Shown here: positions 13,931 through 30,669 of the stretch, one piece after another | Layout: the number at the start of each line of letters is the position of its first letter | Numbering within the stretch: the stretch's first letter is position 1 | Assembly (NCBI RefSeq): GCF_009914755.1 | Contig: NC_060929.1 | Source of the DNA: the human T2T-CHM13v2.0 reference genome, Homo sapiens | Direction: 5' to 3' (one strand) | DNA: 64,000 nt | Position numbers and translations under genes: made by a program | The notes under the pieces: generated by a model | Databases searched by the model: none | Told to the model about the DNA's origin: nothing | What the model saw: the letters and a program-made list of their open reading frames with translations, nothing else

Positions 13931-15519
13931 TCTTTCTACTCAGGAACACAATATGTAATCTATGTTTTAAATAATAAATCTTCAATCTTGAATTCTGCTG
14001 ATCCACTCATGCTAATTTGTTTTACCAATAACTCAATCTTTTTGCACATTTTTGTGGGACTCTTGGCATCTCCCTTTTAAAAGTCATGTGTGTTTTTCAG
14101 ATAACTGTGAGCAACTGTGAATAGAGAAGAAAGAATTTGAGAAGAGTAAAAACTTTTTATCATGAAATTTTCTAAGTGCTAGGGGCTTCTGTTCATTCCT
14201 TAAATCTATGCTGTTAAATTGTTTATTCTCTTAAGTGCTCTAGAAAAGATTTGAAACATTTTGCCTTAGACCCTGAAGGTATCCATATCAATATCTTCCG
14301 TATAATCAAGTGGTTAAAATATAAAGCCATATAAAATTATATGCCAGGCATGATTGCAAGTCAATATACAATTGGAAAATCACTTCACATAGCTCACTTT
14401 TTAAAGGCAACCAAAACCTTCAGCCATACCCAGCTTATAAAATAAGGATATTCAGAAAGAAGAAAATAATTTTTATTCAGCCAGTTTACTTATTCCACTG
14501 TTCAAGGCTAATCAAGGCATATGATTAATAATAGTCTCTTCAAATTGCATCCTGAGAAATGTTTTCACTTAAGTTTAATGAAAAACACTTGGAAGCAACT
14601 GAGTGCTATGGAGAAGTGGTTAGTTATTATCCTTGCTTATGAATTAGCATAAGTTTAAAGAATAGTTGATGCTGAAAGCTAAAATGTTAATTTCTTTTTC
14701 ATAAGCATTTTTCCATCCAAACTGAAACGGAAAGATTGACACGTGTCAGAGGGAAGTTAGTCTGCAAAAGAAGCTAGGAGGCCAGAGATTTGAAACCAGA
14801 GATGGTAGACTGGATAGGCTGATAAAAACATGGAGCCCAGTAGGTGGCAATAGAGGCTCTTCTCTTCCCTCTTTGTCCAGGCATTTTAAGTCATCTCTCT
14901 TCTTAACCCATCATTAAGGCAAACCTAATTTCAATTATCTGTGGTCCCCTTGTTCTCATGGAAATAAGGATGGGAGGATTCAGGGTGGAGTAGGAGGAAT
15001 GAAAGCTTGTACAGAAAATCTGAGCCCTTGAGAAGGGCTTTGCTTTCCCACATCACTGAAGATGCCTATTTAGAAAGAACACGTATGTTTTAGTAGGCTC
15101 TGAACATGCTAATTCTAAGAATCTTTTTTTTTTGGTGGGGAGTGACAATATAATTTTAATCATCAATAGCTTTCAGCTTAGTAGTAAGGCTTTTGGCTGA
15201 CTTTTGTCCAGCTTATTAGTTCAAAGGGAGCTCACTGAAATCCTTGAACTATTAATGACTGTTATAAAGAATGAAAAATTTAAAATAGCAAGTGTTTTCA
15301 TGCAGAGCAGGGAGAAAACTGAGATGTTACTCATAAGAAGAATTTCTCTTCTATCAACTTAGGAGAATTTGGAAGAGGAAAACTTCTATCACAGGTTGGA
15401 TTAGTATTTCCAGATCATACCAACTGAAAGAAGAGATTATTCTATACAATGTTTCTCAAAGATCTGTCCAGAAAGGAGACAGGAACTTCTATTAGGCATT
15501 TTATTTTATTTTATTTTTA

Positions 15520-15750
15520 AGGTATAGTAAATGGAAACAATAGTCTTTAGAGCTTAGAGCTTGAGTTTAAAATTCGACTGCCACAAATTACTACCTGTGG
15601 GATCTTGAATAAATGACTTGTCTTTTTTGTACCTCAGTTATTTTTTTTAATCTGTAAAGTGGAATTGATATATTTACCTCATAGTTGTAATAGATGTAAA
15701 GCACTTAGTATTGTCATATAAAAATACTTAACAAATATTGGCTATTATGG
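15520..15750 (+). mobile_element. MIR SINE
   Basis: acctgtgggatcttgaataaatgactt...acctcagtt...tctgtaaagtgg...gtaaagcacttag. Confidence 0.7.
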
Positions 15751-15754
15751 CACA

Positions 15755-16080
15755 GACAATTAGTGCTCACTGCTTATTTATTTGTTCTTTTACATTTCCC
15801 AGCCTCCCTTAAAGTTAGCTTCAGACCATGTGCCTAATTATAGTCAATGAACTGGAGCAGAGGGATGGAGGCAGGTAAGAGCCAGTGTGCCTTTAAACTC
15901 TCTCTTTCCCTGATAAGGAAAACTTGGGGGCCACGTGTTTCAGATGGTATACCTCCAAGGTGGAGAAGAGCCACCCAACCCACACCAGGGCATGATGAGG
16001 GTGACAAACATACATTGTGTTTGGTCGCTGAGATTTCAGAGCCAATTTATTGCCATAGCATAGCTTCATTATGTAAGGAA
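15755..16080 (+). mobile_element. Old MaLR LTR (MLT1J-like)
   Basis: catttcccagcctcccttaaagttag...ccatgtgcctaa...gctgagatttcagag...ttgccatagcatagc. Confidence 0.55.
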
Positions 16081-16199
16081 GATGTAACAGTTGACTATTA
16101 GAGTTTCTTTATGAATATGGTATTGCTATTTCTAGATAATGACAAATCAAATGTCAAAATAAAATAAGTAGCAGACTGACTTCTAGTTCTTAATAACCT

Positions 16200-16310
16200 G
16201 GTTGTAATCTCCTTTGAGAGTAGAGTCTTCATCTGTCTTATTTACCATTGAAATCTCAGTACCTAGAATACTACTTGGCACAAAGTAAGTGCTTACATAT
16301 TTTTGTGAAG
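16200..16310 (+). mobile_element. L2 3' end
   Basis: ctcctttgagagtagag...cagtacctagaatactacttggcacaaagtaagtgctt. Confidence 0.65.
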
Positions 16311-16769
16311 ATACTGCACATTTTAAAGATGCATAGCCCTCTGCCTACATTGTGGAGAACATAAAAGGTTAAAACCATGGTCTTTGCTCGCAAGGAGACT
16401 ATAAACCGAAATGAAGAAACAAATACACCTGTCTCTTCTCTCGCCCACACCTATCCCCTGGTGCACAAAACAGTGACATTGCTGCTTCAACTAAGAAATT
16501 CTATATTTAAATTCTAATGTATGCAACATACTGAAGGCATTCAGATAACAGAGCACTCAGAGGGCTGCAAACCACTGGGACAGGAAGAAGAGATAATATC
16601 TCAAGGGTTAGAGAAAGAGACCCAGGTTAGTGGGTTAGATAGAAAGGTTAGTGAAACAGCTGTAGTAAAGAGTCAGGGTTCTGAGTTCTGGATGTAAGAC
16701 TATAAATGTTAGTGAGATAGGTCAGACTGGAAGAAAAGCATATGTTGGAGAAGAGAAAGAAAAATAAGT

Positions 16770-17190
16770 GGATAGTGGATATCATAGTATCCACCCTTTG
16801 AGACTAAAGTCCTCATTTGCCCAATTGCTGGGACTGGTGACTACTGAAGTCTCTCAGCTGTGACCACTCCAGAAATTGCCCACAGCTGAAGAAAGCCACC
16901 TGGGCCAAGGTCTCATCCCCATTTCAGAGACAGCCATATCCAATGACTGATTGATGCTAAGTTGTAAAAGCTGGGCCCTCTTGCTTCAATAGAGGGATCG
17001 TTCTGCAAGACCATCCCAGCTTCAGGGCACTCCATGGAATAATCAGAAATTTCTGTTGTGACGGCATCGCAGCCTAACATATCTCTCTACCCAATCTGCT
17101 ACTGTCACTTCTCCATACCTATGGATTCCCAAAGTAGGCTCAACACTTTCTGCATGCAAATTTCCAGCTCAAAATCTGCTCTGCAACAGA
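16770..17190 (+). mobile_element. ERVL LTR16-family solo LTR
   Basis: cagctgaagaaagccacctgggccaaggtc...ccaatgactgattgatg...accatcccagcttcag...ctgcatgcaaatttccagctca. Confidence 0.65.
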
Positions 17191-18589
17191 TAGTAAGGAA
17201 GAGACAAATTAATGGAGGTTCACAAAAGCCAGGAAGATCTTTGACTTGTCGGGGCAAGAATAAAAGAAAGTCATGAATGACTTCTCAAAAGAGAATGAGA
17301 GTCTGGGAAGGATTTGGCCTGGTAATGGAATCAAGGATAGGGAGAGGCAAAGATACTACATTTGGAAAGGCAGATATTGCTCTCAAGAATTCTGCCAGTG
17401 CTGCTGTCTATGCAGCACTTCAGTGCAATTACACTGTCTAGACCCCAGAATGTTTGCCTGGAATGTGTCTGCTATTTTGAAGTCCATTTAGGATGGTGAG
17501 CTACCAGTCTGATGAATAAAAGAAAGTGAAATTCCTTTTTTGGCTGAAGTTAAAGTAGAATTATTTGACTACAGGTGAGTTCAGGAGTAGCCAGAGTTAA
17601 GGGTGATTTCTTGGTTTCTGGAGGAAAATCTCAGCATTTTGTAATCTTTTACAATACAAAATTGGGATTGTGAAGGAATGGGCAACTGAAAGGAAGACTT
17701 CATCCTTATTTGAAGAGATAACCACAGCTGCCCCAAACTATAGAAAATATTGGTCAGTGAAAATTGTTGACTGTTGACATGGTAACTTTTCCAGGCAGAA
17801 CTTACATAACATTTAAGATCTTTTCTCTAGAATAAGAAGAAGACATTTTCTTTCTTCCCAACTTTCTTTTGATTTCTTAACTATTATCTTAAAGATGGTT
17901 TTCATGACACTAGAAGTACCAGGATATAATGTCTTACATGCCAGTTACTATTAAGATAATATTCATTTGACAAAAACTACAGGAAAATCTAATAAATATT
18001 GTCAATGGAGTCTTAGGAAATGATTGTTTTTGCTGGAGCTGTTCTGGAAGTGTTGATTGAACACTTAAATAAAAACTTTGGAAACAAAGATGACTCTTCC
18101 AACGTTTGTATAGTAGTGCCACTAGTTCAAGTGAGCTTGGCATGCTATATTGGTGCTCCCAGACTGACGGAGCAGATGCTGTGAAGTGTAAATGTGAGAA
18201 TTTGTTCAAAGGAAAGAAAAAAAGGTGGAACATCCTAAGGCAGAATGTGTGCAATGAATGGTTTTGGCACTAATGAACGCAGTATGATTGGAGTGATCTG
18301 CATTCTAAGCTCAGTAAAAAAACATTTCTTAAGCCTTTACCCTGTGCCAAACACTGCAAGGGGTGTATTGGCACATTTATTAAGAATTAGAACTGGTAAG
18401 GCTTTGTGAATTCAGACATATGAGGAAAAAATGTAAAAGAGAAAAGGGTGAAAATATTAAAATTTGTAATTGAGAAAATTAGGAGAACCAAGTGGCCATT
18501 ATGAGAAAAGCCTGCTCATTAAAAGTCCTTTGTAACTCTAACTAATTAAGGTGATCCTGTGACTTCTGAGAGCAGAGCTACTTTGTGGC

Positions 18590-18830
18590 ATTATGGAGGG
18601 GTTAGAAGAATCTGCTCTAGAGTCAGCCTTCCTGAGTTTACATCCCATATCTATCACTACAACTATGGGACTTTGGCTAGTTTCCTTAATTTCCCCACCT
18701 CTTAGTTTCCACATCTGTATAACGAGGTTAATGCATTACCTCATGAGATTGTTACTAGAAATTCATAAAAATAATTCATGCAGACTGCTCCACACAATGC
18801 CTGGCACTCTATAAAAGTCCTTGAATATAT
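18590..18830 (+). mobile_element. MIR SINE
   Basis: ctctagagtcag...tcttagtttccacatctgtataa...acctcatgagattgt...acaatgcctggcac. Confidence 0.7.
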
Positions 18831-20017
18831 TTGCATGTGATATATGATGGTGGAAATGGTGCTGGGAGGGATATCACTGGAGAAATGAAAAGGGGCACTT
18901 CTTCTTGGGCTGTAATCCTTGCAAAAGCCCTCCTTAAGTTCTCTAGAGGATAAGAATGGAAAAAAACCACCCAGCACAAGCAGACCAAGGAGCAAAGCTG
19001 GGATACATTCTCTTTGGAGTCATTCATCTTGCTGCAGACATCCATGCAGACATGCAATTTCTTTTCTCTTAAGTTTATAGCTTATAGAGTGTCTTAGTGT
19101 CTGATAGACTACAGGTACCTTCTGGTGAGACTTAAGCAATTTTCTCAATTTTTGCTTAGTAAGAATAATTCACTCTAAATGCCAGATCTACATAGTTTCT
19201 AATGGATGGAACAGCTTATAAATCCTCAAGATCTTTTTATTATTCCCTGCAAAACAAACCTTTACACATTACCTGAGTGCCCTGAGGGCCTGTTTTATGG
19301 AAAGGGTCCTCACTCTAAACAACAAAAGCAGGTAATGCTTTAAAAAAAATAAAAATAACAAGCATAATTGTCCTGGACAACTAAGGCTCTCTTCTACTCC
19401 AAACCTTGAAACTATTGTTCATTTTAGCACAAATGCATTAGCAAGAACAGGAGTAAGCCAGATTCACAGGACTTCTGTGTCAGCACTGCTGGGTCCTTAC
19501 ATGACAGGTGACAAATGGCTTTTCTTTGCTTTCCTTCACCCCTGCAACCCCTGACATATCTGAACTCTTGCTCTTGTGTTTTCTTGGCTTTTGAGGATAA
19601 CAAAGAAGCTGCATATTAAGCAGAGATTAAGTAGCCTTTGAAAGGGTTATTTTGGCTTTCATAAGCTTCAGATAAGAAGAAATGAAAGAGAAGTGATTTA
19701 GCTTGCCCCAAATGATACTATATTCTGACAAGAGAAGGAATAGCATATTTTGGGTCTTTCTCACCCCTGTTTTCTGCATCAATCTTTAACTCCTATCAAA
19801 TGCAGTAGAACCAGGTGATGGAAGGGGTATTCACCAGCTGCCCTTTCTTTCTTAGCTGGACATCTGGCTTTCTCGCTCTTCGCTCACCTTATTCCACCCT
19901 CCTGACTCAGCATGTGTGGGAGCCATGTCGATACTAGAGGATATCTCTGTATGCATCTTTGGTATCAGTTAATTTAATAAAGGCCCTTGGCAGGGAGAAC
20001 ACCTTCCACAGATAGGA

Positions 20018-20370
20018 TGTTGGGGGACAATTCTCCATGTGTCTCACTTGTCTGAACATCTTGCAAAAGATGTACTGATTGTCTTTTTTTCTGGGCTATA
20101 GTTTTAAAAATGTTTATATGATGTTTCCCTCTAAAGCAAAGGGCAGGCATGCTTACTGCCATTATAGAAGACTGTTTCCCTGAGCTCGAGATTCCCATCC
20201 TGTAATATAACCCACGGTGAGTGCGGGTGTATTATGGCTCTTCTCACATTGACCTGGAGGAAGTGGGGCTCAGGGACCAGCACAGAAATGTTGTTACTGC
20301 TGTTGTTATGTGTAATAAACTATTCTTCAACTCTGTGCAGGAGTCTTGTGTCTTCTGCCAGCATTCTGAA
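20018..20370 (+). mobile_element. ERVL-type LTR (LTR47-like)
   Basis: Starts tgttgggggacaattctccatg; contains agcaaagggcagg, aataaa and caggagtcttgtgtcttctgccagcat. Confidence 0.6.
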
Positions 20371-20684
20371 TGTGTTGGCCACTGCAATGCTATACATGCT
20401 CAGCCTGTCCCACAGCTTTCTCAAATTCTCAGAAACTCATTGTATCGTGTGGTATAAAAGCAGCTGCACTCCATCAGCATTCTCCTTGAATCCTTATTTC
20501 TGGAACTGTCTTAAAAGTTGTCAAAAAAGCAACCTTCAGACAACTTTCTAAATGTTATCACATCTTCGATCCATAGACTAAGGATTAAGGCCCTATAAAT
20601 GGCCAGGACCATTTTTGTTTAGCAATAACATAAAAGGTGTCTCTGCTCCCATTGTACAGATTGGCCCAGTCATTCTGACACATT

Positions 20685-20900
20685 CATTTATTCCAATCAA
20701 TTTATGCATTAACTTTAAAAATATTTTTCACAGAGGTGAATAAGATAAACATAGCTTTTGTCTTTATGGAACTTATACACTACTAGGGCAGAAAATATTA
20801 GAAATAATTACATAAAATTAATAAGTCACAAATACTATGAAGGAAATAAATACTATGAAATATATGAGGCATGATATAAAATTATGTAATGGGGGATTTT
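20685..20900 (-). mobile_element. L2 fragment
   Basis: ttcatttattcc...gtgaataagataaacatag...tttatggaacttatac. Confidence 0.45.
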
Positions 20901-23009
20901 TTTATTATCAAATATCAAAAGTAGCGCAAGTTAGCAAACAACACAAAATTTTTGAACAATTGAGAAATTGAGATCCTTCTTTGCTTTTATTCTTTTCTTT
21001 TTTTCTTTTTTCTTTTTTTTTTTTTTTTGGCTTGGATCTAGCAGGTAAACAAGAAATAAGAACTAAAATATACGTTCTCCACAATTTTACCCAAATAAAA
21101 GAATATTTCCCCTGGGTAAATTGGATTTTTGAAAGGTTTCATGAAGATCTCTAGAAAAAGAAAAAATTGCTAAAGTGACAATCTTTGAAAAGTTTGCTGG
21201 CTATTATGTAGGAATTAGAAGCTGAAGGGAATCTGAGAAAAAAAAGAGGCAGGCTTTACTTCTTATAGCAATAAGAAAGACTTAATACCTGGAATAATTT
21301 TCTCATTTTTCCAAGCAATGTTTTAGACTGCATTTAGGTGACTACCACCTGCAATGATAAATGCCTAATCTGTTAATTTATAAAATAAGCCAGTTGAAAT
21401 AAGGAAGGGGGAAAAGCACACATAAAGCAATGGTTAGTTACATTCTAAATAAAACTTTCAACAGGCAACTCTCACTTCATTCAATTCATAGGTTTGATTT
21501 GAGCAAAAAAAATTAAAAAACAGGATCAACTGGTGTTCTAGAGCTTTAGTGAATAGTCTGTTTATCATATCTGTCTGTCTCTACCTTTCTCTCCCTGTAT
21601 GCATGTAAAGTGATTTGTATTTATTGCCTCAGTTTTCTAAATAATTCAAACATGACTGTTTGAGTCACTAAGACTATTTTTAAGTGAGAATGAAGAAAGG
21701 ATGGGAAAGGAATGGATTCGACGAAAGGATGGTTAAAAAAAAAAGGTATTATTATGTTCATCTAGATTAAAGGAAGCTAATCCAATTGAAATTCTTCTTT
21801 TGAGGTGGTGCCAGAAAGGAATTTGTTTTTCTTTGTAGTAATGCTAGGACTTGAAATAACTCACCTAGTAATTAGTTACTTCATGGGAAAGAAAAGTCTC
21901 ATTTATGTTTGCATTACTAAAAATGAAGGTAAAGAAGCCAAGATGTGGTAGACCAGTTCTCTTCATCTGTCAGCAATGGTAGATGTTTATCTGTTTCCCT
22001 CTGAATGCTGCATGTATATCTGGTTGAGGTTGAGGCTTGCTGCCAAGGGATACAGAACTGATCCTTGCAATCCAGCAAACCACATTGCTTTCAGCTATTG
22101 CTTCTGGCTTGGTGACCCTTACTACACAGCTCATTTTGGAGAGGGATTGTTCAATATTATTTTCTCTTGTTCCTAAAAGCAAATACATTACAAATTAGTA
22201 TAAGGTTTCTGATTTTATTTTACAGCATTGTTAGAGAAGTATGTTTTCTCTAAATCTCTAACCATCCTTTCCTTCATCATGTTGACTTTATGAGACTTTC
22301 ACTCCTGCCGTCAAGGTCAAATAAAAGGTTCAAATGTCTGCAGCCCTTTTCTTTCACTTCTCTATCCTATTAGGGAGAGAACTATGCTAAAGGTATGGAT
22401 AGGGTAAAAAAGCCATTTTGTATGATAGAAGCAAGACTTTATTGATTATATTACCTACATTTAGAAATATCCACATGGTGTTCAATTTCTTTCTTCACAT
22501 CCAACACTGGCTGTTTCTGACACTTAGCAATAAAATCCTGGTGTTTCCTGTAGGAGTCTTGGTGATTGCTACTACTTTACCTGAATTACCTCTTATAAAA
22601 TAATGTAAGCAATTGCCTCATATTATATTAATGAAGGAAGTTCTCCTGCTGAGTCCAAGTCAGTCTCACATTGCCTAAACAGAGAACAATCGTACCATAT
22701 TTTGATGGTATTCTTAGTCCTGTTTCTACAAAGATGGATCTAAGTGAAACTGCCTTGAGAATTTTGTATAGAGTCAACCATTTCCATTTAATGACAACTG
22801 AAACTAAAGCAAAGATATCTTCTATAGAAAGTTATCCTATATATGCAAGAATTTCCATTGGAAATGTGAAGTGTTTTGATCCAATGAGAGGTTATGAAAG
22901 AATATCTTTAGATAGGTTTTTCAGTAGGGTAGACTAAGGGCTTTTATTGGTCTGTATGTCACTCCGTGTCTCCTAGGGTCTTAAGTAGAGAGATGTTTAC
23001 CTCAACCAC

Positions 23010-23185
23010 TGATTTTTGACCAGGCTTCATCAGAGTCAGTTGGGAAATTTTTAAAATAATACAGATTTGAAGACACCAGTCCCAAGGATTCAGGTTCCAT
23101 CAGCCTGAGACACAACTTTGGAATCAGTGTTGTTAATAAGACTCTCATTTAATTGTAAGATATGCCATGTTTGATAAATAGCTTT
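23010..23185. mobile_element. MER5-type hAT DNA transposon
   Basis: catcagagtcagttgggaaatttttaaaataatacagat...ggaatcagtgttgttaataag. Confidence 0.5.
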
Positions 23186-23439
23186 CAAATTCTTAAGATA
23201 CTTTAGTTATTTTTTCCTATATTGATTTTTCATGAAAACATGAAGCAATAAAATATTGACCTCTGATCATGCCCAAGTAAATATCCTAGGGCTTTTTATA
23301 ATTTTTTTTTTTTTTAAAAAATGTTGTGGTGGCAAAGCACTAGATTGTTAGGGGAGAGCCAGCTCAGGCAAACATGTAATATGTCAAATACGTCTTAGGT
23401 ACTCTCAGACCCACCCTTTGTCCATAGTTGTCTGGGTGT

Positions 23440-23760
23440 CTGGACTACTAACGATAGATTATACTGTGAAAATGAATAGTCCCAAAATCTCGATGGCTTA
23501 ATGCAGCAAAGTTGATTTACTACACATGCTATGATGGACTGTGGCTTTGATCCATAGCATTTTCTCTGAGGCTTAGGCTGCAAGAAGCCTCTGTTTAGAA
23601 CATTGCTGGTTATTGTGGCAGGAGGCAAAGAAGACATGGTGAAACATGCTTAGGCTCTTGAAGCTTCTGCCTAGAGAAGGTGACAACAGCTGTGCCTGAA
23701 TTCCATGGGCAGCATGTATACTCCTATCCCAACAGGGAGAGATAGTACATATTTCAGAAT
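23440..23760 (-). mobile_element. Old MaLR LTR (MLT1J/K-like)
   Basis: cccaaaatctcgatggcttaatgcagcaaagtt...ggctcttgaagcttctgcctagag. Confidence 0.55.
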
Positions 23761-24301
23761 GAAAGTGCACCATATAATACATTTTAGAAAATAATAATGC
23801 TGAGAGCTCCAAGATGGCCAAATAGGAACAGCTCCAGTCTACAGCTCCCAGCATAAGCGATGCAGAAGACGGATGATTTCTGCATTTCCAACTGAGATTG
23901 GAAGACATTAGTGGTTCTCCCAGCACACAGCTTGAGATCTGAGAACGGACAGACTGCCTCCTCAAGTGGGTCCCTGACCCCTGAGTAGCCTAACTGGGAG
24001 GCCCCCCCAAGTAGGGGCAGACTGACACCTCACACGGCCAGGTACCCCTCTGAGACAAAACTCCCAGAGGAACGATCAGGCAACAACATTTGCTGTTCAC
24101 CAATATTCACTGTTCTGCAGCCTCCGCTGCTGATACCCAGGCAAACAAGGTCTTGAGTGGACCTCCGGCAAACTCCAACAGACCTGCAACTGAGGGTCCT
24201 GACTGTTAGAAGGAAAACTAACAAACAGAAAGAATAACCACACCAAAACCCCATCTGTACGTCACCATCATCAAAGACCAAAGGTAAATAAAACCACGAA
24301 G

Positions 24302-25311
24302 ATGGGGAAAAAACAGAGAAGAAAAACTGAAAATTCTAAAAATCAGAGCGCCTGTCCTCCTCCAAAGGAATGCAGTTCCTCACCAGCAATGGAGCAAAGC
24401 TGGACAGAGAATGACTTTGTCGAGTTGAGAGGAGAAGGCTTCAGAAGATCAAACTTCTCCGAGCTAAAGGAGGAAGTTCGAACCCATGGCAAAGAAGTTA
24501 AACACGTGGAAAAAAGATTAGATGAATGGCTAACTAGAAAAACCAATGCAGAGATGTCCTTAAAGGACCTGATGGAGCTGAAAACCACGGCACAAGAACT
24601 AGGTGATGAATGCACAAGCTTCAGTAGCCGATTGAATCAACTGGAAGAAAGTGTATCAGTGAAGGAAGATCAAATGAATGAAATGAAGCAAGAAGAGAAG
24701 TTTAGAGAAAAAAAAGAATAAAAAGAAATGAACAAAGCCTCCAAGAAATATGGGACTATGTGAAAAGACCAAATCTACGTCTGATTGGTGTACCTGAAAG
24801 TGACGGGCAGAATGGAACCAAGTTGGAAAACACTCTGCAGGATATTATCCAGGAGAACTTCCCCAATCTAGCAAGGCAGGCCAACATTCACATTCAGGAA
24901 ATACAGAGAATGACACAAAGATACTCCTCAAGAAGAGTAACTCCAAGACGCATAATAGTCAGATTCACCAAAGTTGAAATGAAGGAAAAAATGTTAAGGG
25001 CAGCCAAAGAGAAAGGTCGGGTTACCCACAAAGGGAAGCCCGTCAGACTAACAGCTGATGTCTCAGCAGAAACGCTACAAGCCAGAAGAGAGTGGGGGCC
25101 AATATTCAATATTCTTAAAAGAAAAGAATTTTCAACCCAGAATCTCATATCCAGCCAAACTAAGTGTGAAGGAGAAATAAAATCCTTTACGGACAAGCAA
25201 ATGCAGGGAGATTTTGTCACCACGAGGCCTGTCCTACAAGAGCTCCTGAAGGAAGCACGAAACATGGAAAGGAACAACCGGTACCAGCCACTGCAAAAAC
25301 ACGCCAAATGA
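24302..25311 (+). pseudogene. L1 ORF1p, frameshifted
   Basis: MGKKQRRK... is broken at the A8 run 24708-24715; it resumes KRPNLRLIGVPESD and is disrupted again near 25120-25165. Confidence 0.92.
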
Positions 25312-25377
25312 TAAAGACCATCAAGGCTAGGAAGAAACTGCATCAACTATTGAGCAAAATAACCAGCTAACATCATA

Positions 25378-29194
<3,817 letters not shown>

Positions 29195-29428
29195 ACAATG
29201 AGAACACTTGGACATAGGAAGGGGAACATCACCCACTGGGGCCTGTTGTGGGGTGGGGGGAGGGGGGAGGGATAGCATTAGGAGATATAACTAATGTAAA
29301 TGATGAGTTAATGGGTGCAGTGCACCAACATGGCACATGTATACATATGTAACAAACTTGCATGTTGTGCTCAGGTACCCTAAAACTTAAAATATAATAA
29401 TAAAAAAAAGAAAATAATAATGCTGTTC

Positions 29429-29736
29429 TGTTTGTTTGTTTGTTTGTTTGTTTGAAACAGAGTCTCACTCTGTAGCTGAGGCTGGACTGCAGAGGTGCAA
29501 TCTTGGCTCACTGCAACCTCCACCTCCTGAGCTCAAGCAATTCTCGTGCCTCAGCCTGCTGAGTCACTGGGATTACAGGTGTGCCACCACAAGGTCTGGC
29601 TTATTTTTGTATTTTTTGTAGATGCAGGGCTTCTCCATGTTGGGCAGACTGGTTGTGAACTCCTGGCCTCATGTGATCTGGCCACCTCGGCCTCCCAAGG
29701 TGTCGGGATTACAGGTGTGAGCCACTGCACCCAGCC
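29429..29736 (-). mobile_element. Alu (old S/J) with (TTTG)n tail
   Basis: Antisense Alu body. Degenerate TSD taataatgctgttc 29415-29428 / taatagtgctgtcc 29737-29750. Confidence 0.9.
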
Positions 29737-30359
29737 TAATAGTGCTGTCCCTAAAGCAACAGAAAACAAGTATTTCTTGAATTCTACCATGTTCCAGACA
29801 CTGTCTAGATATTGAGAATATAGCAGTAAGTAAAACACAGAAAATCCTAGAACTCTTGGGACTTTCATTGAAGGGATGGAAGGGGGACATAAAAATAAAA
29901 TTGTTTTGCAGAAAAACAAAATAGGAAAAGGGAATAAGAGTGATGGGATATTGAGGGTTCAATTTAGACAGGGTCATTAGAAAAGTGTCTTGAGAAGAGC
30001 TATTTGAGCACTGTATATAAAGAAGAGAATGAAGACTACAAGACCGAGAGGAAAAGACCTTGAGATAAAACAGCCATTGCAAAAATTCTAAGACAGGAAC
30101 ACATGTGTGGCCTGACTTAGGAACTACAAGGCCAGATTGTCTGGAAAAGAGTGAGCCTATGGAAGAAAGAAATACAGTAGAGGAACCAGGAACCTGATCA
30201 GATAGAACCCTGAAGGCCATGGTAAAGTCTTTGAATTATTTTGCAATGAGATGGGAAAAAACTGGAGGATTTTCAGCAATGGAGGAACATGATATCTTCA
30301 TTTTAAGGAATCCTTGTACCTCCCGCTTGAATATAAACTATAAAGAAACAAGAGAGGTA

Positions 30360-30669
30360 GGCCAGGTGCAGTGACTCATACCTATAATTCCAGCAGTTTG
30401 GGAGGCCAAGGCAGCCAGATCGCTTAAGCTCAGAAGTTCAAGCCCAGCCTGGGCAACAAGGCTAAACCCCATCTTTACAAAAATACAAAAATTAACTGGG
30501 CACCGTGGCATGTGCCTGTAGTCCCAGCTACTTAGGAGGCTGAGGTGGGTGGATCGCTTGAGCCTGGGAGGCACAGATTGCAGTGAGTGAGCTGAGGTTG
30601 CACCACTGCAATCCAGCCTGGGTGACAGAGCAAGACCCTGTCTCAGAAAACAAACAAACAAAAAAAAAA
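30360..30669 (+). mobile_element. AluJb-like
   Basis: ggccaggtgcagtgactca...gatcgcttgagcctgggagg...gagcaagaccctgtctc followed by an A-rich tail. Confidence 0.92.

Noticed and set aside
29436-30661. Several 60-180-aa ORFs
   Set aside because: Alu- and L2-derived translations.
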